DNA of 64,000 bases from the human T2T-CHM13v2.0 reference genome, Homo sapiens: assembly GCF_009914755.1 (NCBI RefSeq), contig NC_060925.1; one strand, given 5' to 3'. Each line of letters starts with the position of its first letter. Position 1 is the stretch's first letter. Below the pieces are notes generated by a model. The model did no database searches, was not told the DNA's origin, and was given only the letters and a program-made list of their open reading frames with translations. A program made the translations under genes and the position numbers. Below are positions 42,296 to 58,289 of this stretch, piece after piece.

Positions 42296-42977
42296 GTATG
42301 TATGAAGTTACTTCCAAATATATACATATATTAAATATAAATTTTGACAAAACAGACAGCTAGATCTACAGGGGTGTGCCACCACACCTGGCTAATCTTT
42401 TTTTATCTTTTGTAGAGACGAAGTCTCTCTGTGCTGCCCCAGCTTGTCTTGAACTCCTGGCCTTAAGTAATCCTCTCATCTTGGACTCCTTTTAAAGTGC
42501 TGGGATTATAGGTGTAGCTACCACACTCTACCTTAAATATAAGTTGTTGATGTAATAGTTTTATTTCAGTTTAATTTCTTCTTACAGTCTCGTGTTGTTT
42601 GCTTTTTTGTCAGAGACACTGGCATTTAATTTTTTTCCTTTGATATTTGGTAGCTATGAAGCAGCCTCATGTTCAGTAACCGTAGATGGTGTTTTCACCA
42701 TCTTTTGACCAGGGACTTTAGCACTATTGCATCACCCTTGACAATGAGTTTTCATTTGTTTTTAGTGATGAGAGTTTCATTTTGAGGTTATATATGTCTG
42801 ATTTTTTTTTTTAATTCACAGATATATAGCACTTTGGAAATGAAATTTAGTTGACTTAACGTATATTTTTCTTGGGATTTAAAATCATAAATGGAATCTC
42901 TTTCATACGGTGACTGTCATAAATTGATACAATGCAAATTTTTCTTGGGTTACCTTTTGTATTTTGATTCTGTGGTT

Positions 42978-43262
42978 TCTTTCTTTTCTTTTTTTTTTTT
43001 TTTTTTTTGAGACAGAGTCTCACTCTGTCGCCCAGGCTGAAGTGCAGTGGCATGATCTCTACTCACTGCAACCTCTACGTCCTGGGTTTAAGCGATTCTC
43101 CTGAGTAGCCGCGCCACCGGGCCTTTCTAATTTTTGTATTTTTAGAAGAGATGGGGTTTCACCATGTTGGTCAGGCTGGTCTCAAACTCCTGACCTCGTG
43201 ATCCGCCTGCCTTGGCCTCCCAAAGTGCAGGGATTACAGGCGTGAGCCACCATGCCAGGCCA
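42978..43262 (-). mobile_element. Alu (partial antisense Alu also at 42357-42532)
   Basis: TSD ATTCTGTGGTTTCTT. Confidence 0.9.
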
Positions 43263-43324
43263 TTCTGTGGTTTCTTAATTGGTGGGTGAAAACCTCCATG
43301 TCAGTACTCTCTACCTAAACTGTG

Positions 43325-43329
43325 ATATG

Positions 43330-43407
<78 letters not shown>

Positions 43408-43410
43408 CAT
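43325..43410. repeat. Compound (TA)n(TG)n(TA)n microsatellite
   Basis: Uninterrupted purine-pyrimidine alternation. Confidence 0.95.
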
Positions 43411-43743
43411 TTTTTTTTAACCTGGGAGTTTGTTAGGTTGTATATGATACTTCTCTCTTAAGTGAGTGAGAGCCATGACAAAAAATAAATTTTATGTGTA
43501 GAATTTTATTTTGCATTGTTTCCTCAGAATACAATTTCTGTATCAATGGAGTTACTTTAACAATTTAACCTGAATGTTTTTCATGTACTTATATAATATC
43601 CAACTAGAGATACTAGAGATAACTTATATAATATCCAACTATTAGAAATAATAGATACCTAATTTTTTTTTTAAGATACCAGCCTAATTCAGAGGCAGTT
43701 GTATTTTATATTATATGTTCTCACAGATTTCCTTTTCCTTCAG

Positions 43744-43903
43744 ATGGTAGATACCTGGATGATTCTTGGGTTAATGCTCCAATCTCCAAATCCACTAAAT
43801 CACGAAAAGAGAAATCTCGTAGTCCTCTCAGGGCCACCACCCTGGAGAGTAATGTGAAGAAAAATAATCGTGTGGAATTTCGTGAACCTTTGGTTTCTTA
43901 TAG
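43744..43903 (+). CDS. CEP350: CEP350 exon 5 (DGRYLDDSWVNAPISK...REPLVSYR)
   Basis: Strong pyrimidine tract plus CAG, donor TAG|GTTAGT, 160 nt, frame consistent. Confidence 0.93.
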
Positions 43904-45032
43904 GTTAGTATTGAGAAAAAAAAAAGGTATCAAATAGGTTTAGCCTGTAATATTTACAGTAAGAGTATACGTTGTTTTCTGAGTTTTTTATAGCACTCTG
44001 GTTGTGAAATAGTATAATACTCTAATATTACTACCTTTTTCATTCTCCACAAAAGATGGCTACAAAAGATAGTGCAAACATGAAATACTGACTGCAGTAG
44101 CCTCTTCTGCAGATAAATATTCGAGGGGGAAGAAATAGTAATAGTTGCCTCAAGCCACCTTTATTGTAATAAATACGTTTCCTAGAAACAAATTATTCCA
44201 TCTCTGGAAGTGTGGCTTTTTTGTTTCGTCTTAATATCTCAGATCATTTATTTTATATAGTGAACTTTATATTGCTTACTTTTTTTCTTTTTTTTTGGGT
44301 AGCATTAATTAGTCACATAAAATTCCTATCTTATTGAGAATGTGAGTTGATTTATTGTTTTATTTTGTTGCCAATGGCTTTCAGCAACTTAGATGTTCAA
44401 GATTGATGTATGAATTTTGATAGCATAGATGATATAAAATGCTTTGCATTTTTGTTAACATAGCTTAAGATATTCAACTGATAAACTTACAGAATTTTGT
44501 ATTTGAGGGACACTTTACTAATGATTTCAGTGCATTCATGCTCTTATAATAAGTAATAAACACTGGGCCTGTTTTTTTGTTTCATTTGTAAGCATTTTTT
44601 GGTGTTTTAAACACAAATCAAGAAGTTTCATGATGATACTTGGTAGTTCTAGGTATATGTTTGTACTCTTAAATTTTACATACCTTGAGAGATGGAGATG
44701 GACTGTCAGTTCAATGTTTAATATGTTGCATTTGATGCAATTTTGAATTATCTCGGTGGAAATTTTAAGTAGGCATTTAAAAATTTGGGTAAGAATGTAT
44801 CTGGGATGGTCAGGCCTGAGAATATAAATCTGGGAGTTATCACTAGTATCGAAGCACTAGAAGTGCTGGAAAAATTATAGAAAGAAGGTCAGGGGTATAA
44901 TCTGGGTAAAGTTCAGAGTTAAAAAAAAGAAGGGAAAAGTTTGAAGAAGAATAATCGAAGTTTAGAATCTCTAAACACACAGATATTAAGCAGCTTGCCT
45001 AGAGACATAATCATTACCAGAATTGAGACTGA

Positions 45033-45424
<392 letters not shown>

Positions 45425-46106
45425 TGTAAATTATGTATCTTTTAAGAAAAGAAAAAATACCCAGAAGATAGCTGTGAATGGAATACCCTCCACCTGGTGG
45501 ATTCCATTCCTCACTTAAAACTCTTATTACTTTCTGTGGGAAAAATGACCAGATCTGTTTCTACCCCACTCCCATTTTCCCAACCTAGTTCATCATCCCT
45601 CTCTGCTCCCAAAGTACTGTGTAACTTCCTCTATTAAAACATTTTCAGGTTGCATTATGTTTTGGTTCCATATCTGCCCATTAGTCTATCTAAGGATGTA
45701 AATCTTACTCTCAAGGCCTTAGCTTAATGCCTAGCATGTACTAAATATTAAATAAATATTTTTTCCTAAAATATTACCAGGAAAAATTTCAAATTTACAG
45801 AAAAGTTGAAAGAATTGTATAGTGAACATCCTTATATGTATTCAGTAAATATTTAATGAGTGAGTGAATGAAAGACTGTATGAAATTACTTTTTGTTGGG
45901 GGGGTGTTAATTTTCTGTCCTCTTTTGAGAGTGGGACATGGTACGTAACCTAACATTTTATGTTTTATTTTATTTTTGCGTGTGCTAATTTTAGAACTAA
46001 ATTATTTTAACTGTGAATTGTTACAGTCTTGTTAATATAGTGAAAATAATCACATTTAGCCTCGGTCTCTGATGGTAGCTACAGGACTCATTTCACAGCC
46101 CTATCT

Positions 46107-46435
46107 CTTTCTTTTTTCTTTTCTTTTTTCTTTCTTTCTTTTTTTTTTTTTTTGAGACAGTGTCTCACTCTGTTGCCCAGGCTGGAGTCCAGTGGCCCAA
46201 TCACAGCTCACTACAGCCTTGATCTCCTAGGCTCAAGCCATCCTCCCACCTCAGCTTCCCGAGTAGCTGGGACTACAGACAGGCGCCACCACTCCCAGCT
46301 AATTTTTGTATTTTTTGTAGAGACAGGTTTTTGCCGTGTTGCCCAGGCTGGTCTCATACTCCTGGGCTCAAGCAATCTGCCCACCTTGGTCTCTCCAAGT
46401 GCTGAGATTACAGGTGTGAGCCACCACACCTGGCG
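46107..46435 (-). mobile_element. Alu (J-like)
   Basis: Antisense dimer. Confidence 0.88.
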
Positions 46436-46657
46436 ATCCCATCTTTTTCAATAATCAACCACTCAGAACAGGATCTAAAGTTTTTTGGGTTGTGGACCCC
46501 AGTGAGAATCTGACAAAAGCTGTAGACTGTTTTCTTAGAAAAATGCACACGCTCATATGATCTCAGTAGAAACAGTTACTATGTTATGTTGTTGTGGCCT
46601 TGAGAATCTTTGTAGTACTTAGGGTTTTATGCTTTTACCTGAAATGCCCTAGATCAG

Positions 46658-46860
46658 ATCAGTGCTATACAATAGAACCATTAATGTGAGCCACACATGT
46701 AATTTAAACATTTTTAGTAGTCACACACAAAAAAGATATTTTACATTCCTAAATGTTTAGAACCCAGTATGTAGCTTACATTACAGCAGCTCTTAATTTC
46801 GATTAGCCACATATCATGTGCTCAATAGCCATATGTGGCTAGTGGCTGCTGTTTCAGACG
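46658..46860. mobile_element. MER33/MER3-like hAT MITE
   Basis: GTGCTCAATAGCCATATGTGGCTAGTGGCT motif. Confidence 0.7.
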
Positions 46861-46999
46861 TTCAGGTCCAGCCTGTTGTTAGGTCTGGTTTTATAATTTT
46901 CTTGACTTTTTTTTTCATGATTCATGTGCTCTTCTCACTGCTGAAACATTTGTCTTCATTAGCCTCCCTTTTCATAAAGTGCTTTCCTAAAATAAGGCT

Positions 47000-47308
<309 letters not shown>

Positions 47309-48014
47309 TAAAGTAAGGCTTATTAGAATGACATGTAAAATAAAAATAGTCTCTGGAGGAAGATTTTTGCTAGTGTTTCTATGAGCAGAGAATATGGACT
47401 TGTGAGAGGTACTTTGGCTTTGCCCGGCCTTCTGTGCTTACTCCTGATTTTCTAGATACGCTTTACAAAGTTTGAAGCTGCCAAAAAGTACTTTGTGGTT
47501 AACAGATTTAACATTACTAACCACATTTATTTGGAAGAAAATATTTATTGTACTTCCACTTTATTTCTACCCCCAGTCTATTTATTAATTTGGTTCCTTA
47601 TTTAGAAGTGACATATATGAAATGCCATTATTTGAGAACTTTTTTCTCTGGTACTTAAGATTTTATAGAGTAGCAAATAACACATTTTATTGACAAATGT
47701 CAAGTGAATACCCAAAGTCAGATTATCATCCTGTTTTCTGGAGTTCTTAGGAAATCTCTTTACATATCTTTTGCATATTTCTTATTTTATAATATGCAGA
47801 TTGTTATTTAGATTATTTGCCATTTTACTTGATAGAGGGGGTATTGAGCCTTGAGTCATAATATTATTAATGGTTATTTTGCAATCTTTAACTTACTGGA
47901 ATTTCTAGGTTTTTTATTTTTTGGTTTCTAATGCTAGCTTAGAGTTCTCAGTTTGTATGACTGGTTTCAATTTGACTAGTTTTTGTACTTTTATGAAAAG
48001 CTTTTAAAAAGATT

Positions 48015-48210
48015 TAGCTTTAAAATTGACAAGTAGAAACTACGTATGTATAGTGTACAGCATAATGTTTTGATATATGTATACCTTGTGGAATGGCTAA
48101 ATCAAGTTATTTAACATGTATTACCTCATTCTTATTTTTTTGTGGTGAGAACACTTAAAATCTACTCTTAGCAATTTTCAAGTATACAATATATTATTAA
48201 TCATAGTCAC
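48015..48210 (-). mobile_element. L1MA 3'-end fragment
   Basis: TTTGTGGTGAGAACACTTAAAATCTACTCTTAGCAATTTTCAAGTATACAATA signature. Confidence 0.75.
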
Positions 48211-48234
48211 AGAGCTTATTATTTTTTATTGTAG

Positions 48235-48857
48235 GGAAATCCATGGTGCACCTTCCAATTTCAGTTCCAGCCATCTGGAATCAAAGCACGTATACTGTGT
48301 AGATGTTAATGAAGAAAAGACTGAGAGCGGTAACTGGATGATAGGCAGTCGAGAAGAACGGAATATACGGAGCTGTGATTTTGAGAGCTCCCAATCATCT
48401 GTCATCAATGATACAGTTGTTAGGTTTTTAAATGATCGACCAGCAATTGATGCATTGCAAAATTCTGAATGTTTGATTAGGATGGGAGCTTCTATGAGAA
48501 CTGAGGAAGAAATGCCTAACAGAACAAAAGGAAGTGAGAATAATTTGAAGCTTTCTGTGAATAACATGGCCCATGATACTGATCCAAAAGCGTTACGACT
48601 AACTGACTCTTCTCCATCCTCTACTAGTACTTCTAATTCCCAAAGATTAGATATTCTAAAGCGGCGACAACATGATGTCAAACTGGAAAAACTTAAGGAA
48701 CGGATTAGAAAACAGTGGGAACACTCAGAAGAAACAAATGGCCGGGGCCAGAAGCTGGGTCATATTGACCATCCAGTAATGGTTGTTAATGTTGATAACT
48801 CAGTAACAGCAAAAGTCAGAAAAGTGGCAACAGCACCACCTGCTCCAGCATATAAAG
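48235..48857 (+). CDS. CEP350: CEP350 exon 6 (EIHGAPSNF...KVRKVATAPPAPAYK)
   Basis: 623 nt open frame (ORF 48338..48865), TGTAG acceptor, AAG|GTTTGT donor. Confidence 0.95.
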
Positions 48858-48981
48858 GTTTGTAATCAGTCTTTATATCTTCCTCTCCCTGCTTCTTTGT
48901 TCTTCTTTCTCCCTAGGGTGTATTTGAATAGAGAGGATCACCTTTAGAACAGGATGTTATTCTTGACTGCATAAGCACTTA

Positions 48982-49243
<262 letters not shown>

Positions 49244-49923
49244 TTATTTCAACATACATGTTAAAAATACAGATTCCTAGATCCAACACTAGTCCTAAGT
49301 CAGATTTTCTGGGGCTGGGGTCCAGAATTGGAATTTTTAATTAGTCCTTCAGGGGATTCTTGTGGTTTGAGAACCACTATATGAACATTTACTAAGTTAT
49401 ACAAATAATAATTGATACTATTTTCAAAGAACTGAAAGAATAATGCCTTTATGCTGCCATTGTATTTGGATTGTTATTAGGAATTATTTCAAAAGTAATA
49501 TTTAAAAGATAACTCCATTTCCAGAAAATATTTGAGTACAGAATATTTTGGCACTGGCATTGATCCTGTTGATATTTTAACCTTCAACTTTTAACGTGAA
49601 TGATTTACCATCCTCATATTTAAGAAAACAATATTTAAATCACATTTATGCCAACATTGGTAGATTTTCATTAGAAAGTGCTCTTTAGAGCTTTTTTTTT
49701 TTTAAAGCCAACTCAAGTTTTTATATATGGTGGTTTTAAGGGGTTTCTATTTTTCTATTTTTATTTTTATGTTCCTGAAATTATTTTCACAGGGTCATCC
49801 ATGTAAAGTTTTTAACGAAGGGCTGATTTCTTGATTAGTTTAATTCATGTTAGATTTTTGTTATTTAAACTTCTGCCAGAGTAGCCTTTTTAATGTTTTA
49901 GTGGGTATTTTTTCCAACTTTAG

Positions 49924-50308
<385 letters not shown>

Positions 50309-52021
50309 TAACTAACAATCTAGGGCACTTTTTTATTGTAATCAGTTTTGTTTTGTATTTCTGTGTCAACTCTAATTTTTCTCTAACAAGTTTTGCAGTT
50401 TCTTATAGTCCTAAGGCATCTTTAGTCATTTTTCTCTAAAACACATCTACTGCATACAGTTTTCGCCAATTATTAGTTTTTTGTATTGTTTACTATGTTT
50501 TTGCTAGTGATCTTCATTGTGAATTAGATAAAATTGGATAATTTGCATTTCATTCTAGCTAATTTGTGAGAAATTGTGATCAATTCACTTTAGAATACTG
50601 AAGAATTGCCATTGTCCAATATTATAATTAATAATATTTTTTATTAATAACAACACAATTCTCTAATTTTTTCTAGTCATTCGTGTATCACATCCATACT
50701 ATTGGCACAGCACATAGCAAATGGCGAGGTCAAAATATTCTTTGTTGGTTCCAAGATAGTGATTACCCGAAATCTTTGCTGTAATTAAGTACAGACCCAT
50801 TAAGTATAGATTACATATTTAAGTTTTGTTCTTTATACAAGTCAAAGTTCTGAAATACCAATGATTATTCCACTAAGAAAAAGTTAAAATGTTCCATTTG
50901 AATTCATATTTTGTAATAATTTATAAAAACCTAAAAGTTAAAAACAATTTTACAGAATGAGAGTGAAAATCTTAGATATAACTTTCTTTGAGTTGATGAC
51001 TGGATTTCCCATAATCCTTTTACTATTTTTTTAATGTGCTAGTTTTTATATTAAAATATTTTATAAATATGACTTTTGGAGGGGTTACTTTGAAAAAGGT
51101 AGCAAACATTTGAGAACTCATTATAGAATATGGCTTCCGATGTCCTAAGCAGTGGATTTTTTTTTCCAACAATGAAAAACTGTTTTTCTGCCAACTTTTT
51201 GGTAGTATAAATTAAAAGCATCTTAAAATACTGTATTCTAAAGTGACATTTTAAGTTTGTTTGTTTAAAGACATAATAAATTCATTTTGTTCGCAGTCCA
51301 AAAGATGAGTATACCTTGAAAAGTTCTGTCACTCTTGTGCTTGGCCCCCTTTCTGGAGGTTACTTGTGTTAACAATTTGTATATCCTTCCAGAAATAACT
51401 TTTGCAAACATAAGCAAATAGGAGTATGTGTGTATTGTGTGTCTGTGTATTTATTTATTTTCTTCCTCTTTTTATACAGTTATTAGCATACTAAACTCAT
51501 TTTGCACCTTGATTTTTTATTTTTAAAAAGAAACCTAAGAAGTGCTCTATGGTTCTGCTTTAAAAATTTGAAATGGTGAACACAAATGGTGTTTATATGA
51601 TTCTTTCTTGTACTATATTTGGTTGTTTGCATATTTTTTTCTTCCTGGTATAAATGCCCATGAAGATAAAGAGCCTATCTTGGTCACCCTTATTTTATCT
51701 CAGAACCTAGTACAGTGTCATGGACATAAGTAAGTGCACAGTAAGTTTTTTATTCTATTTAATAAATTTAACCAGTAAGAAAAAAAGTGGACAAAGAAAT
51801 GGAAATAAAGACTTGGGGACAGAAAGAGAAACTGATGTAGATAGTGAAATCTTCTTAAAGTTAACATATAAGATGCAAATGCAAAGAAAGACTCTCATAG
51901 GGATAAATGTTTCCTAAAGAGGAGAGGAGAAAAAGAGGGTTAAATGTTGAGCGGTGGGATTAGGTGATGGTGAAAAGTTGAGAAAGACAGAAATACGTTT
52001 GCATAGAACTGCCACACTTCC

Positions 52022-52518
52022 TTTTTTTTTTTTTTGAAAGTTTTTACAGTTTATTAATCCTCATGAAAAATCTGCAGTTATCACAGATAAAGTCATTGCA
52101 GAATCTTTACTCCTGTTTTTAGCCTTTGCAGTCCCTCTGACTTTCTTCATTCTGTTCTTGTGTTCCTTTTGCTGTTTCCTTGGGGTCTTTTTTTCTCTCA
52201 TACAGGCCATGTCTTGAAAGTCTGTGTTTGGTCTCATTTTTCATTGCATAATCCAAGGAATCAGAAATCATGCTGAAGCCATTTATCTTGTCACCAGCAA
52301 AATGGGTTCTGAATCCAAATACAAAGATGACATTGGTGTGGCTTTGTACATTTGGGCTAGTTTTCCCCAAGTTTCTGTCTTTGGTACTGTTCCCTTTCCA
52401 GGGTGAAGGACATCTACGACTGTTTGTGCTCCCTGAGGTAGTTGATTGGTCATGAACTTCCTAGTACAAATAGTTATTGTGTCATTCATGATGGCAGTCA
52501 GTCCTCAGGCAGCCAGGC
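52022..52518 (-). pseudogene. Processed pseudogene of RPS24
   Basis: [15 protein letters not shown]...VLHPGK and, in another frame, [11 protein letters not shown]...[11 protein letters not shown] (frameshifted). Poly(A) appears as T-run 52022-52035; degenerate TSD AGAAnnnCCACACTT at 52005 and 52519. Confidence 0.92.
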
Positions 52519-52936
52519 AGAATCACCACACTTTTTTAATGGCAAACTATATTTTGCAAAACTGAACACTATGTTTATAAATTTTTTCCCTTATATAGAT
52601 ATAGATGTAATGGTGTGTTCCTTGCCACAAATGTCGGGTGAAATTAAACTGAGGCTATTGTGCCTAATAACTGAATAGATTATTTACTATTAGACATGTA
52701 ATTAATTTACCAGTATATTTTCTCTTATACTTACAAAGTACTACTACCAGTTTTTTACTCCAGCCTATTCTTTACATTGATTTAATTGTGCAGTTATGTA
52801 TGGGTTGCTAATTCTTTGATAAGTTGAGCCCATCTTAAGATACAAATCTTTATACTACTTTGGTTATCATCTTTATTCATTATTTTGTTGTTTTTGACAA
52901 AACAAAGTTCAGTGTATTTCTTAAAGAATAGTGATA

Positions 52937-53239
<303 letters not shown>

Positions 53240-53689
53240 AAAGAGTAGGGATAAATTTGAAGTGGAAAATCAAATGGTAATTCCTAGGAAATCCCATATG
53301 TGTAAGGTTTCTTGAGAAATTGAAAAAGTATGTTTGAAAGACCTGTTTTCCACACTTTGGACACAATTTGTCCGTATAAACGGCAGCTTGCCCATTTGTT
53401 CAGTCATAAGCAAAAACAGATAGATGGTAGCAATTATAATGCCTGTCTTCAAAGACAAGAAGAATAAATAATATTGTCTCTCCCTAAATCTGGAGAAGGG
53501 TAGTTCATCTCTTTGAAATTCATGATTTATGATCGGTATTCTTTTATCATTTAATTTAGTGCTTCTCCACTTCTAGTCTTTTTGAATGAATGTATATTGC
53601 TTTATCTCACTGATGCTTACTTTTCCTAAACAGTATGTGTTAACATACTATGTGGTAGCTAATTATACATTCCTCTTTTAAAAGCTTAT

Positions 53690-54795
<1,106 letters not shown>

Positions 54796-54854
54796 CAAAC
54801 AAAACTTATAAAGCAACTTTGATAAGAATATTCTGTGTTACTGGTATGTATTAG

Positions 54855-54968
54855 GTTTCAACCCTTCAGAGACCAAGATTCGAACACCTGATGGGAAAGT
54901 GTGGCAGGAGGCTGAGTTTCAAAACATGAGTAGAGAACTGTATCGAGATTTAGCACTTCACTTTGCAG
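54855..54968 (+). CDS. CEP350: CEP350 exon 7 (GFNPSETKIRTPDGKVWQEAEFQNMSRELYRDLALHFA)
   Basis: TTAG acceptor, CAG|GTGAGA donor, 114 nt, phase 1-1. Confidence 0.92.
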
Positions 54969-55959
54969 GTGAGAATAGAGCTTTCTTATGTTTTGAGTAT
55001 TTTGTCATACATGCTATCTAATTTATAATATTTACACATAAAATTGTCACCAAACTAACAATATTTTCCTTCTCTAACTGCATGGCATGCTGAAGTTGTG
55101 GTGGTTTGAGGCATAAGGCTCTCTTAGCCTCTAGACTCAGCTCCAGGGTTAAAATTAGCTTACATGGTTAATGAGACAGAAACTAGGCTATTTTTAAACT
55201 GAGGGACTTTCAGAGTTGGGACTGCCTGATTTGAAGGAAACATAGCAGAATTTAGTTGAAGTTTACTTCTGTTTAGGCCTCTGAGATCTTTGAAGTAGTG
55301 AGTAATTTGTCAGGCAGCAGGTAAGATACTTACATGAGAGCAAGATACCAAAAGAAAAATAAGTATTATAGGAAGGGAATAAGTTAGGAATTAGAAACAG
55401 GAGGAACCCATGGAAGACTGGGAGAGGGTAATAGGAAGGTCATACTAATAATGGTACTACCTACCGAATAGTATGAGCTTGGGCAAGATGCTGAGTGGGC
55501 TTTTCTATTTTTTACAGTTGAGGAAATGGAGGCTCAAAGAGTCATTTTCCTAGGGTTGGATAGAGTAATTAAGAATTGAAGCCAAGATTCAAAACCCACT
55601 CTGATTCTAAAGTGTGAGGTCTTTGTAGTAAGCCCTCACAAAGCTTCTACTAATACATTTCTGTGGCATTAAGTGTCCGATCCAGTTTTCTTGCTATTAT
55701 TATACAACACTCTATTCAGAAATTTTTTTCTCATGTGCAAAGGAAGAATAATGTAATAGTTAAGAGCCAAGATTTTGGAATCAGCTTTCAAGGCTTCCAG
55801 TTCTGCCTCTGTCAGTTATTAGTTGAGTATACTAGCTATGTTACATAACTTCTCTTTATTGGTTTTTTCATCTGTAAGATAGGGATAATAACAATATACC
55901 TCATAGGATAGTATCATTATAGACTAGTAGAATATGTCAAAAGACTTTGATATTCTGCC

Positions 55960-56575
55960 TTCTCTCTTGTTACGGTAGATGAACTATGATGTTCCTAGCT
56001 AAGACTAACCCATCTACTTGTGTTTTAGATTCCATTTGCTCTGACGTATTTAAGGATGTTACTTCAGCCCTGTTGCCTTTCTTTTGCATGATCAAGTTTT
56101 CCCTCTCTACCAGGTCATGCTCATCAACATACTATGTGATAACATGCTGTTATATCAGTCATTGTAAAAGAACCCCTCTTTTGGCCTTACTTTTCTCCAG
56201 CTGCTGCCCTGTTTGTTTCTTGTTTTCAGCAAAACTGCAAAAAGTTGCCTTATGCTCATTGTCTTCAATTTGTCTCCTCTCTTTCTCTTAAATCCTTTCT
56301 ATAGGTGTTTGTCCCTATTTATCAAGATCATCAGTGACTTCCACATTGCTAAATGCAATATTTAATACTAATTTGTTATGATCTGTCAGCAGCATGATTG
56401 ATCACTTCTTCTTTGAAATTTTCACTTGACATCTAGAATACTATAAGTATCTGGTTTTCCTCCTAAACCTAATTATTCTTTTTCAGTTGTTTTTTTCCTA
56501 ATCATCAGGATGCCTTGACCTCAGTCCTCAGAGCTTGGGCAGGCAGGCTGGCTGGCTTGCTTGCTTGCTTGCTTG

Positions 56576-56610
<35 letters not shown>

Positions 56611-57590
56611 TTTCTTTCTTTCTTTCTTTCTTTCTTTCCCCCTCTCTCTTTTTTTAAATTTCTTTTTTTTTTCTTAACCTTCTCCCCTTCCTTTTCTTCC
56701 CTTTCTTTCATTTTCTCTCTCTCCAATCCCCCTCCCTCTACTCACTCTATTTTTCTTTCTTTTTTTTTACAGCTTATCTATCTGCACACAGGACAAATTT
56801 GTCTAGTCTCAGGGCTTTAAATGTTCCCTGTTGCTAGTGATTCCCAAAGTAATGTCTTTAGCCCACACTTCCCCTCTGAACTCACTTGTATCCAGCTGCT
56901 ACTTCCATGTCTCCCTTTGGATGTATAATAGATTTCTCAACCTTAATATATCCAAAATGGAACTAACTAAATAAATGTGGTCATGATATACCCCTTAAAC
57001 CTGCTACTCTGGTAGTGTCTCCATGTCATTTAATTCTATCCCTCTAATAGTTCAGGCCCCCAAATCTTGTCATTCTTGAGTATCACACCCCCGCCTCATA
57101 TTTTGTATGTAATATTGTCTGAAATATACTTAGAATATAATCACTTTCACCACTTCCATTACCACCACCTAGATCGAGGCCACCATCAGTTTCCTATCTG
57201 GATTATTCTGGTAGTCTCCTCACTGGTCTCCCTCTATCTGCTCTTCTTCTAATGAGTCTATTGTCATAACTTGCTAAAAATTAATTTAGATTAATTTTGC
57301 TCCTTTGTTCATAATCTCTCAAAACCTTCCATCTCATTCTTGAGTAAAACCTGAAATTCTTACAGTGGCCTAGATGGCCCTGCATGATCTAGCCCTTAGT
57401 TATATGTCTCTGACCGTAGTTCCTACTAATCTTCTCTTTTTTCAGTCCACTCACACTGACCTGCTTGCTGGGTTTCTTTTTAGATACTAGGTATGGTCCT
57501 GCTTTAAGGCCTTTACTTATACTTATTTCCACTCTACCCAGAATGCAGAACTCTACACATATTTTAAAGTACATTCATTCAGATCCGTAA
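55960..57590. mobile_element. L2 remnant containing a (CTTG)n(CTTT)n polypyrimidine repeat (~56533-56770)
   Basis: L2-like motifs (CCACATTGCTAAATGCAAT, CTTACAGTGGCCTAGATGGCCCTGCATGATCTAGCCC). Confidence 0.65.
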
Positions 57591-58135
57591 TTGAAGTTAA
57601 TTTTTTAAGCTTAACATGTGTAATCAGTTTATTTCTGCAAGTTGGATTTTTAAAAAATTAGTAATAATGTGTATATAAAATACCTTGACATGTTTCACTA
57701 GCATCATCATAAAGAGGCCTTAATTTAAGAATATTATGTTGAGTATTTCGTAAAGTTTTTATATAGAAATTTCTAAATGAAATAGGAATCTGTGAGAGTG
57801 CTCACCTCTGAGATCCTATAAAATGCAATGATCCTGACTTGGAAAGCATTTGTGAAACTAAGTAAACTTCTCAAGAGTTTCTTAGAAGAATAAATAAATA
57901 ACAAAGGATTGGAACCCAATACTGGAGTGGTGGTAATCTTCATATATTTTCCAACTCCTTTTTTCCATAAAAGGAGTTGATGTTGGTATTATGTGGGCCA
58001 TAGAAGTAGCCTCAGTGTAGGTTTCTTTCTCCCTACCTGCAGCATATACTTTATACAGATTTTTCCTATGGGCGGAGGATAAGTGAGGGAATGAAAATCA
58101 TTGTTATATTTGCTGTAAATATTTCTGCTTTTCAG

Positions 58136-58249
58136 ATGATATTTCTATAAAGGAGAAACCTGCTGAAAAAAGTAAAGAGAAGAAAGTAGTCAAGCCAGTA
58201 CGAAAAGTCCAAAAAGTAGCACAGTTATCAAGTACAGAATGCAGAACAG
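58136..58249 (+). CDS. CEP350: CEP350 exon 8 (DDISIKEKPAEKSKEKKVVKPVRKVQKVAQLSSTECRT)
   Basis: TTTCAG acceptor, CAG|GTTAGT donor, 114 nt, phase 1-1. Confidence 0.92.
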
Positions 58250-58289
58250 GTTAGTTTTCTCAACATGTCCATCCTTTTTTTTTGTTTTT

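Noticed and set aside
48226-48681. 151 aa ORF antisense to exon 6
   Set aside because: Shadow of the real coding exon; no independent evidence.
56505-56820. Lys/Glu/Arg-rich and Phe/Leu-rich ORFs
   Set aside because: Translations of (CTTT)n simple repeats.
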